A stretch of 64,000 nucleotides of DNA from Balanoglossus misakiensis (lineage: Eukaryota > Animalia > Hemichordata): NCBI GenBank assembly GCA_040954595.2, contig CM082588.2, positions 4,342,156-4,406,155 of the forward strand, written 5' to 3'. The first letter of the stretch is position 1, and the number at the start of each line of letters is the position of its first letter. The position numbers and the translations under genes are program-made. This document shows positions 25,501 through 36,643 of the stretch, one piece after another. The notes under the pieces are model-generated. The model was not told the origin of the DNA and searched no databases. It was given only the letters and a program-made list of their open reading frames with translations.

Positions 25501-28500
25501 ATGACGGTCTCTTCCTGCTCGCTGCTTTTCCATGACTGATTTGTCCGAATGAGCTGCTTGATTGTTTTGTAAGATTCGATGATGACATTGGTACATCCGT
25601 GAATTCACCACTGTGAACTGGATCGCACCATCTCACCTTCTTCGTGTCAGAATCATTGTCCCCACCCGGGATGATCGAACTCTCTTCATCAACATCCTCA
25701 GGCACCTTCGTCTCAGCGTCCCTCAACCTCTCCAAGATTTTCTCCTCGATGTCTCCATGCACCAGCTCAGAGCACGACTTCACCAAGACTCCTATCAGCT
25801 CCAATAATCGGTGGATGAACTTCAGCTCCACAGACTCGAAGATGAACACAGAGTTCTGCACTGTCTTTTTGTCCTGTTTCTCCCAGGCGTTTAACAAAGC
25901 TTGTAAATGTAACACATCGATGTTCGTTTCCGAGCGAGGGGCAGGCTGGTTGCTGCCCGTCAGTGTTCTGGTGTATGCAAACAACAGATCGATGATGCAA
26001 AGACCACCTTTGCTGACTACAATGTTCAGAGTGACTGGATTGACCTTTTGGCTATTGAGCTTTGACCTGAAAGAGAAGTAAAGTCACTTTCATCATTGCA
26101 GGGATTCACACAAGCAACACTATTTTCAGGGAGTTCTGTACTATCACCGTTAAACAACATCACAGTATTCGTATAAAATGACTGTATAAAAACTCACCCT
26201 GTGTTGGCATCTCCACCCCCATTGATGTATGACTTCAACCTCGGTTTGTTCAGTGGCAAGGTGACTATACTGTCCAGGCAACCCACTACAAGTGACAGTG
26301 TGCGGTGTTTGTCATGGCACGGTCTGAACCCGACAGACTGAACTTTGCCAGTGGATCCATTGATGTCTATCTTGGCTGCAAAGTTCAAAAAGGGTAAAAA
26401 TTAATTTTCCGGGCATTTTTCCAGGTTTCAAATTCCACGATTTTCCAGGATCATACGATCCGTGCTATCACCAGCTTACCTTCCCTGTGAAACACTTTGA
26501 CCAGAATACCAACAAGAGCTGTTATTCCCTTTTCGACTTTTTCACTGATTTCCTTCTTTCCTATGCCGAGTTTCAACATAGTGTCTGTATCCAGCATTGT
26601 TCTGTCCACGTCCTCAGACTCTTTTCCCCGTCTCTGCTGCATCTTGTGTATCTGCAGCATAAAATCTCTCAGCTGTGGTACTTTCTTGATTGCTAGTAAG
26701 TTTCTGACACTTCTGCAGGCTAATTCTCTTACCTCCCTGCAATGAGAGACGAGATATTTTACATACTTAACTTATATAATTAACCAATATACACCAGGAT
26801 CTTAACACCAAATAATTTAAGCCACTAAGTGCAATATCATCCAGTCTTACCTGCAGTTAGACTCTGCTAGAGCAAAGATAATGAAAGGAACCATGTGGTC
26901 TTCTAACAAAACAGACTGCCCATACTCGCATTCTGAGAGATTGGCGAAGAATCTCATCCCTTGTATCTGAGCACCACTGTCACGGAAAAGAAATAATGCA
27001 CTGTATGTAGATGATATGTTTAACATTTAGGCACAGAGGCACAATTCATTAACAGAAGCGGGAACTGCAAAATGACTGATAAATTGTAAGACACAGAACA
27101 CAATGCGATAGACTCTTACCACGTTCCCTGTGTTAGTATGGCTATAATGATTGGCAGTGCATCCCAGTCTAACACATTGGCGATCATGTGATCATTGTGC
27201 GAGGCCAGGTTGGCAAGAAGTCCACAGATTATCTCCTGTACAACAAATTAAAATACACCAGAACATTACAGTACAATGTTTTAATCGATTGATGAATATC
27301 TGTGTGATAATGTTGCTGCCAGGAAATGTCAAATTTCACTTCCTTGATGAAATTTATAGAGGCAGTGGTAATTTATCATACACCAAACTTCCAAAGTCCA
27401 TGATGATGTGACCATTAGTCTGGGATCAACAAAGTAAAACTATCAACAAGATTAAAGCTGCGAGCAGCATTGTCGGGCCCAAGCGCTGATCTTGAATTAT
27501 ATATGCACAGTATGAATTAGAAGAAACAGAATTTTCTATCGGATGTATTATCTCATGACATAACAAGGATGTGGGTATTTTTGCTGCTGAAATAGGGTGA
27601 AGTAGGTCAAAGGTCACCTGAGGTCACCCAACATTTGGGCAATTTTTTTTTACCCATACTGGTCCATGTCCAACAAAAACCAAAACTCTAGCTCTATTGG
27701 TTCACCTGTAATTAGGTATGTGCATATTTAATGAGGTCAGCAGGTGTCACAGGTGACCCAAAAAATTGGCTTTACATTTTGGTCCCATCCTACCAAATGC
27801 AATGGCTGTATCTGCTCTGGATGCTGAGATATGAGAAAGTAGGTCAAAGGTCACCAGAGGTCACCCAACATTTGGGCAAAAAAATTTGATCCCATACTGG
27901 TCCATGTCCAACAAAAACAAAACCTCTAGCTCTATTGGTTCGCCTGTAATTAGCTATGTACATAATTAATGAGGTCAGCTGAGGTCAAAGGGGTCATGAA
28001 AAGTAGCAAAATATTTTGATCACACACTAATTCACATTCATCAAAAACCAAACGTCTAGCCCTATAGGTTAGCCTGGAATTAGATATGCAGAAATAATAA
28101 CGCGTGATAAGTAGGTCAAAGGTCATGTGAAAAATCACAAAAAAATTGTAACATATTTTAGTCACATGACGATTGATATCCATAAAAACAATTTGTATGC
28201 TATCAAATTTTAGACTAGAAAAAGGAATTTCAAATTTTCACTGCTTTTTACAAAATCCAATATGGCCGCCATAATCTTCGACCAATCACAATGCTCTTTG
28301 CAAACTTGATAGACATCAGTGTAGTGACCATACTCCCCGAATCTTGCAACTCAGTCATCGCCCGTTCTGGAGAAGAAGATTTTTGGAGTTTAACTATGGT
28401 TTTTCGTAAATCCAATATGGCCGCCATAATCTTCGACCAATCACAATGATCTTCGCAAACTTGATAGACATCAGTTAGGTGACCACATACCCCAAACCTC

Positions 28501-31161
28501 GTGTCTCGGTTATCACCGGTTCTGGAGAAGAAGATTTTTGAAATTTTGACCAGATTTCAGAAAAACAACTGTAGCAAAAAAACTGCAACATTGACAGCAA
28601 AATATCCAATTACAAAAATGATGGGCAGAAGGTACACTACCTGCACACCAAATCTGAAGTCGATCTGACTTGTAGTTTCTGAGATCTGAGATTTGCATTT
28701 TTTCAGAAAATCCAATATGGCCGCCAGGTCACGTGACTAATTACGTATTCACAAGTCACTGCACATCTACTCATTGACCTTGACCACTGTAGCAAGTTTG
28801 AGCAGTGTACCTGCAGTAGTTTCTGAGATTTAGTTGGCCGAAGAATTGACACAAGAAAAAAGAAAGAAAGAAAGAAAAACCCCAACGAAACCAATAGGGC
28901 CCAAGCGCAAGCAAGCGCTTGGGCCCTAAATATAACATGTCTCAGTGGAGACTACACTTTTGAAATACACTTACCCTGGCTTTGTCACTATGAAGAGCAA
29001 AGTCCATGATGTGCTCCATACACTGGTCTAGGATCAGCACAGCAATCTTCTTATTGGCTGCCAGGGCCCTGAACACAGACAGAGCAGCCACCCGGACTTG
29101 TTCTGTGTTGTTGTGAGAGAGTACGTTGAGCAGCGTTGACAGACCATGAACTACCATGAACTCCAACCAGGTATCACTGTGATCTTGGGGAATCAGCAAC
29201 TGTCAAATTCAACACAACACCACATCATTAGAACTTAGCTACTCAGAAACAAGAAACAGGTCAACTTCAAGAAAGAAATCCATGAACATTTTTCACATTT
29301 ACCTTTTCAACTGCTAGTAAGACTTGTTCACTCAGTACTGTCATATCAGGCCTCTCCAACAACATCATAAGGTGATACACTAAGTTTTTGTTGATCATTT
29401 TCTCAACGTTACGAGAGTTGCAGGCGAGCTGTCTCATTATAATGATTGTGGCTTCTTTAACAGTTACACCACCTCTTCCAAACAGTTCCATTAACTGCAA
29501 TAAAAGAAAACGCAAGAGTGTGTTGTCACAGAGAGACCTAAGGCTGCATTCACAAACACCTCTGGAGGGGGGGGCAGGAGAATTCAAATTTTTTTACCGT
29601 TAATTTTCACATCCCCCCCGTATACAACCCGAAATATTTTCAAATCCCCCCCTTCTGAGCTGCTAAAATTTTGAAATCCCCCCCCCCATTTTCTTTCACA
29701 CAGCATAACACATCACCTATCTATCTTGTAAAAAAGAAAAACAGCGCTCCTATGAAAAGAATTTGAAACTGATGTTTTCCCTAGCTCATCAGTGGGTATT
29801 AACACTGAACATTGTTTATATTTTGCAAGTATTTGTATTCTGTGTTGGCAGACATTGTAAACCGAGAAGTGAAGGGGGTGGGATTGGGAGGGGGTGTCCC
29901 CCTCCCATGTAAGAAAATTTTATAAAATACAGAGCTCAAAGCGGCATTTTAATGAACCCGGCAAATGCAAATTAACTCAACTACCGGTATGTTTGGGAGG
30001 ACAAATTTAACCGTCGCCGCTCAAAGTTATCATGGGGTGGGGGCAAGTCCCCTGACCTGGGACACTGGATAAACCAGTCAATGATTGAAAGGTGCTGATG
30101 AATGAAGGGGGTGGGTGTGGGAGGGGGTGTCCCCTCCCACATTAGAAAATTTTGTATTCTGAAGGGTCCAAAAGTGCATTTTTGTGGACTTAAAATAAAT
30201 ATTTCGTCCTCAAAGTTTTCAAGTCCCCCCCTTTCAGTCCCTAAATTATTTCAAATCCCCCCCCTTACATACCCTCAATTTTTTCAAATCCCCCCCCTCA
30301 ATTCTCCTGCCCCCCCCTCCAGAGGTGTTTGTGAATGCAGCCTAAGAGTTGTTCTAGATTGCAGTATGCCAACCCGTGATAGACAATACAGGGTGTGTCA
30401 GAACTAATTATAAAACTTGACTATGGTATTCACAGAATACTATGGTAACAGGACTTCTTGACTAGATTGGCAATCACAAAATAAACCACGACAAAAAGCA
30501 GTACCTGTATGAGTTGAGCATCTGTAATGACTTCATCCTGGTCATAACTCTCAGCCAGATTTCTCAATGCATTGCTGGTGTTAGCCTTCACACTTTTGTG
30601 ACTATAAGCGACAAGCGTTCTCAACAACTCCGCAAACCCAAATTCAGATTCTTCACTGTCATCACTGTCACTCTCTGATATGTCTTCAAGTTCAAGTTTG
30701 GCTTGTCTGGACAAATTGGACAGGTCCCCACAGGAACATTTGATATTCATCATTCGGTTTGGCTTCCTCAGATTTTCTCGTTCTTGCGGCGTCAGCGAGA
30801 ACGATTGAAGACGCGAGAATAACGATGCAATGTCTTCATTATCAGGATCTCTGATAAGACAAAACGTTCAACATTAAAGGTGCACACTCAATGATAGTCT
30901 GGTAGTGCACTGGTTTTTGGGGAGGCCATCCCGTGAAAATCATCCCTAACACCATGGTAACTGATCATGGCTAAATTTGCACATATGAGTGTCTATTTCA
31001 AAGTTGACAAATCAAACTCACGTTTTCACATCTGTATATCCTGCACTTGGCCGATACAGAGGCTGCCCAAACCTCTTAGGTTTCACCGCAACAGGCTTCC
31101 CGCCAACCACTGACAATGATGGTTGACGACCAGTTATCAATTTCACATCACTTGTTGCCAT
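22569..31161 (-). CDS. Uncharacterised armadillo/HEAT-repeat-like protein, about 16 coding exons
   Basis: Phase-consistent GT-AG exons (minus): 31161-31022, 30850-30505, 29494-29303, 29199-28975, 27235-27120, 26976-26851, 26736-26480, 26375-26198, 26066-25295, 25147-25059, 24890-24742, 24574-24381, 24173-24077, 23929-23774, 23418-23357, 22682-22569. ARM-like helices include GLSTLLNVLS..VRVAALSVFRALA, ICGLLANLA, GCIPKLIEFL and ANTSNALRNLA. The start codon and last two exons are less certain. Confidence 0.78.
27445..28930 (-). mobile_element. Second DINE-1/HINE-like element (~1.5 kb) in an ARM-gene intron
   Basis: Perfect 14-bp hairpin TAGGGCCCAAGCGC-aagcaa-GCGCTTGGGCCCTA (28895-28928) and (GAAA)n next to it. 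Internal ~240-bp and ~155-bp tandem duplications carrying AATCCAATATGGCCGCC. Subterminal copy GGGCCCAAGCGC at 27475-27486 and mini stem-loop GCTGCGAGCAGC at 27457-27468. Confidence 0.75.
29542..30342. mobile_element. PIF/Harbinger-type MITE, 801 bp
   Basis: 43-bp perfect TIRs (GGCTGCATTCACAAACACCTCTGGAGGGGGGGGCAGGAGAATT, 29542-29584 and 30300-30342) flanked by TAA on both sides (29539-29541, 30343-30345). No transposase ORF. Confidence 0.9.
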
Positions 31162-32007
31162 GGTTTCAAAAACGCCAGCGGAAATTGATATTGGTTCCGT
31201 TGAGGAAATGCGAAGCTTCGCACCTAGCCAGATTCGCACAGCATCCACTATTACATGATTCCGTTCATACGTCAATAATCTGGAAGAAATCGTTTGTAAA
31301 CAGGTTTATAAATTGCACATGAACGGAAGACCGTGTAAACATTTGATGTCAATTTCATGACTTGTAAACAAGCAGTGATTAACCGATAAACGTGGATATA
31401 AAAACTTGCAGCTTGTCTTCAGCTGTAGTACTTCATCACCAAAAGGCATGAACACATAAATTGGACAGGGAACGTAATTAACACCTTGAAGTTTCTTTCT
31501 CTGCTGTCCGGACATGACCTCAGCTAATGAATTTGACAGGTGTTAATATGAATGTTTACATTCCGTCTATGGACTGTTAAAACACCAAGGAAACGTACAC
31601 TCATCGACACAACATTTCGCCCAGCGGCGATCGGGGTCAAGTTGAGCGCTTTACCGGTTCACTTCTCGACAACAGATTTCAGGAAAGCCGTACCTGAGAA
31701 AAACATGTCGATCAAGTCACATCTTCCGGTTTGCATCCAGCCGCCATAACATAACAATTTTGATTACAGATTACTGTGCCAAACCGAGGCTTCATTTAAC
31801 CTCGGCCCAAGCGAATAAATATCTAAACGTTAAGGTCCCTAATTTTGTAGAATAATAGCTAAAAAATGTCTGTACTACAACATATGATCGATTATATTAC
31901 CAAGTTTATAGTTTTATGATTTGTGAAGATCTGACAAGTTGAAATACTGTCCTTAACACACTTAATATATTCTCCGCTGCAGTGAGGATATCTGGGAAAC
32001 CTTAAAG

Positions 32008-33501
32008 ATGGCGGACGCTGATGCAGATTCTAAGACTCTTGTACGACAAGGTTGTTAATTTTGTTAAACCATCAAATGTCCTTTACGCCAAACATGCCCA
32101 AATGTTGCTTAAGTGATTGTTCTTTCCCATGAAATACTTACACGGGAGCCACACCCACAGTCTCTGGGAGAGATCCTTGTTGCAGCCGCAGTATGTTCGG
32201 TGCCGTCACCTCCACCATCATTCAGAACAATGTTCTGTATGAGCTTCTGACTTTCGCCTTGGGAATATTTTTGTATCTGATCTTCTCCAGTTATTTCAAC
32301 CCCTCCAGCAGATGCCGATACCAAAACGGGCGACAAAGATTTCCCTTTGAGGGAGAAACGGAAATCCCCGGTGATCTCGGAGGAGCCACCGGGCAACAAG
32401 AGACTGAAGCCGGGCCAGGGAGATTCACATACGACCAAGCCGGTATCGACGCACAGTGGGATAACGATGAAGATTGGGGCACCAAAACTCGGAGCAGAAA
32501 ACGCAATTTCAGAAAACGAGACAAAGCCACCAGCAAAGGCACCGATCTCAATCAAACTGGGAATGCAGGTACTTTAATATTCATCTTGTAATATATAGCG
32601 CCTGTGCTGATATCGTACATGTATGGTGGCAAGGGTGTGAAATCAAACACAATATGGTACAAAACAATTGGTAGCGTTATTTGTCCTTTCATCCCTTTGT
32701 AACAGATATAATTGATTTGTGGTTTGTGCTGGGATGAGATAGAGGATACAAATTCACTTGTGTGTTTGATGCCAGGATGTATATTGTACAAAGGTCACAC
32801 ATGGGTCATGAAAGTGAAGTGGCCTATTTCAGTCTGCCTATTTATATTGCTCAGCTTGAAACAAGTATTTTGTTTATGGAACTTTCTTTTAGAAACCTAA
32901 AGAACAGAATGTACATCTGGTACAGAAGAAAGGACGAGTGGCAAATGTGTTTGGTGATGATGACAGTGACGTAAGTAAAATAGTCAACTAGTAGCATGCT
33001 CAGTAAACATGGGACCAGAAGTGACTTGACTTGAGAGTGGTGGTGAGAGACTGTGACAATATAATTAGATGCATGGATAATTTTGAAGCAGAGGAAGAAC
33101 AGCTGAGGTTATGTCTATTTCAATGCTATTTTGGACCAAGCCATGGTGGTGAAAGTGTTAAGTATGTTTTTTTTTTTTTTATTCAGGACGAACCAGAAGA
33201 GATGCCACCAGAAGCAAAGATGAGAATGAGAAATATTGGCAGGTATGGCTGGAGTAAAAGATTTGCTCTGTTACTAGTGTTGGTACCTTAGTTTCGTATA
33301 CTACCATAAACCGCTTGTCTGGTCCTGCACTAGAAGATCTTTGAATCAGTTTAATCACATTCTTTTTCCTCCATCTCTTTCAGGAATACACCCACGTCAG
33401 CTGGTCCGAATTCATTTGGCAAGACTCGGCAAGGATTTTCAAACGCGAGGGGATTGTTAGAAAAAAAATTAAAAACACCACACCTCGGCGGCAGCAAATA
33501 A
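32008..33501 (+). CDS. PCNP: PEST proteolytic signal-containing nuclear protein
   Basis: Exons 32008-32050, 32291-32568, 32893-32970, 33187-33242, 33384-33501. They encode PISIKLG...[48 protein letters not shown], the recognisable PCNP conserved domain. Confidence 0.93.
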
Positions 33502-34222
33502 TTACCGTCGTCAGTATTCTCACCTATATGGACGTACACACTGGAATTGAAAATATTGACTCTACCGTATGGCATTTTGAATAATTCTTTTAAGAGTTAT
33601 CAAAATCCATCATGAAAAAAACGAGGTGTCACTTAATTTATTGTGGACATCAAGTGCGATGAGGAACTAAGCAGACATGAAAATTGCATCAGCATTTTCT
33701 TAACCATTGTTTTTTTCAAGTGGTTGAAAACAAAATGATAGTTGACTTCTACTACCAGTCAATGTCTGTGAGTCAAGCGTTTTCCAGTTTCATGAAAATG
33801 CCGGCAAAACAGATCCTTTACCCAGTCATATGGGAAAATCATGCTGCCATGTTGCTTTTAGTGCAAGTACATCATGAAGTACAGTTTCTTCTGAGTTTGT
33901 AAATATTCAATTTTAACAATCAGGATTTAAGACTGTCTTCTCTTGGTGTATCAAGATTTCAATACTATGTCATTTATTGAGTTAGATAAAGTATAGTATA
34001 TGCCAATAAAAGTTATTAGTGTTTCAATAAATGGAATAACTTTATGAAAGATGCATGTTTTGTATGAAAGACCACATATACTGACATACACGACTTTCAT
34101 TTCAGTCACAACTTATGTTAAGAAAGAAAGAACAATAGTCTTGAAATAATCATTAAAATATTTAGTTATTTATTGAAATTACAATAATTGTGAAATGAAG
34201 TTCAAAAGAATTAGAGAGTGGG

Positions 34223-36643
34223 TTAGGTTGCATATTCTTGTCTCTGCAAAGCCGTGGTTATAATACTGGCTGAGGTCATCAGTTTAACAGTGTACATCAT
34301 CTTCATTTCTTCCTCTGTGCAACTGTTGAAAGAAAAGATCAAAGAGTTTTATGTTAACCCTCCAAAAACCCTCGGAGTTACATATCATTAATTGAATAAA
34401 AAATAAGTAGACTAAAAATCAAGTAAAATGGTTTCAGTCACCTGTATCTGTCCTCATCTCGATGGACGTCACTTTTTTCACTTCCACTGACCAAGCTAGA
34501 TGCTGTTGAATCTTCACTGCAAATCACACAAAAAGGAAATGACAATACAAGTCATGTAAACATGTATAGATAACATTGTGTGCATGGGAATATTTTGAGC
34601 GAGGTTAAAGTACAGCCTGAACCCAGTATTTGTCTGTTCTTTTAATCAAGCCTTATACTTACATGGTCATTGATTCCCACTTACAATCATTTGATTTTCT
34701 GTATGTTGGTTCCTCACAATGATTACCTGTCAAGACAGTGATCAACACAGAAGGATCGTACATGTATATCATCAGATAGAAAATTTGGTCAACTTTGGTT
34801 GTGGCTCTTCAATTTGCATTTAATAGCCAAAAGCAAGAAAATAATTGACTGTGTTGGATACAGATGTTCTCCATACCTGTATCACATTCCTCACTATAGT
34901 CTTGAGTCACTGTGTCTACTTCCTGTTAACCAAAACATATAAAATCACATGTTGCTACAGACATCATTTACAATCCAGATTTATGAATTACTGTAAGCTT
35001 CAGCAACCATGATGGATGTAACATACTCTCAGGAGAAAAATCACACACACACACACACATGCACATACATCTCATACAAATATCTTACAGGATATTGCAG
35101 TGCAGATAAACGGAGTCCACCTCTATACTGCAGCTGTTGATCTGTTATTAAGTCTTGAATATTCCTTCTAAGATTTTCAACTTCTATATTCACTCTCCTT
35201 CTAATGACACTGTCTGTGTGCAGACAAAATGAAGGCAAAGTTATCTCAGATACCAGAAAATTCAAGTCTGTCAACCAACTAACCAAACTGACAGACAACC
35301 ATATTCACAAACAGAAATGTTACCTAAATGATCAAACACTCTCCTGAGTTCATCTGGTTCCATTTGTTCAGTGGGAACATCTTCACTGTTTTGGTAGCCA
35401 CCATCTTGATCAAGATTGCTGATATCACTCTGGTTCCTGTTAGTGTATGCACTCTCCTGTGATAACAGGAAAAAGACAAAATGCTAACGTGCTGTATAGT
35501 AAGACTTTCAATGCCAAGAAACCTAGTCTCAGTGAATTTCTATGTTCAGAAAAGTGCTTATTTCTAAGGAATATAGTGTTTAACCAAAGCTGAAAAAAGC
35601 CAGAACAATTGTAGACACCAGCACAGGCTGTACCTACAATCAAAATGTCAAATGTTGGGATGTTGATAATAGGAGTTCTTGAGAGCAATTCCAGTCAACA
35701 GTACACAAATGGAGTCATAGTACTTGAGGCCTGATTTGTACATAATGCACATAAATACTTAGACTCACATATAACATCTGTGGTGTATAACTATTCCTGT
35801 TCTCTTCTTCTGAATAAGGTACTTCTTTGTTGGCACAATTATCACAATATTCATTATCGTCATGGCAACATGTAAACTGTGCATGTCCGTTGTAAATACC
35901 AGCCGTGTGAGTAAAACTATTCACTTTGTTGTCAGAGTCAGAGGTAGTTGGTAGGTGAATGGTTGAGGTGCCTCTGTGTCTGCTGTAATATTGAGTCTCC
36001 GTGTCGGAACACATGATGATATCAGATTCTTCACTTGGGAGTTCTGAATCGATAGGATAACTTCCCTCTTCTGCAGATTCTGTTCTTACACTAGGAAATC
36101 TAATATTTGATAAACCCAGATTTTTGTTTATTAGTTGATCAATGAGTGATGTATGATCAGAAGTAATCCTTGGGGTATAGTTTTATCACCCTTGATGATC
36201 TCTTGAACAAAAATTGCTGAACCACACAGTGCAGTGTGGACATGATATTGACAAGTGTAAACAAGTTACCTGTAATAGGCTATTGTCAGTTTCAGTCCTT
36301 GGGAGAGCTTTCCCTTTTAGCCCAGACATCCCCTCCCCCCCCCCCTCACGTCACACACACCGAAATCGTGTACACACTGATACCTGCACACAGTACACAC
36401 TAGTAAGTACACACGTACACAACACCCCCCCCCCCCCATAGGGCAGGTTTGTCTTAACTTCCATCTTGTTTCCAAGATGGCGGTTAAGACAAACCTGGCC
36501 TATACAGCTTTGCAAGAACGTTACCTGTCAGAAAACTGGTTCGCACTCTGTTCTTTTGGTGAAAGAATGTCGTAAAAACTCGACATCTCTTCATCATCTT
36601 TCCGCAGATGAAGTGTGTCTTCTGGTTGGATATCCGAATCCAT
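34223..36643 (-). CDS. Uncharacterised acidic, Ser/Asp/Glu-rich protein; multi-exon, middle junction unresolved
   Basis: Phase-consistent exons 36643-36525 and 36168-~35769. Six further mutually in-phase GT-AG exons: 35436-35324, 35213-35089, 34922-34877, 34726-34663, 34516-34442, 34322-34223 (ends ...TTALQRQEYAT*). The link between 35769 and 35436 was not resolved. Confidence 0.6.
36438..36503. repeat. 66-bp near-perfect palindrome/hairpin
   Basis: ATAGGgCAGGTTTGTCTTAACttCCATCTTG-tttc-CAAGATGGcgGTTAAGACAAACCTGgCCTAT; 31-bp arms with 3 mismatches. Confidence 0.9.

Noticed and set aside
31306-31515. MSGQQRKKLQG as first coding exon of the ARM gene
   Set aside because: The available donors are out of phase with the next exon and give stops; more likely 5' UTR or a uORF.
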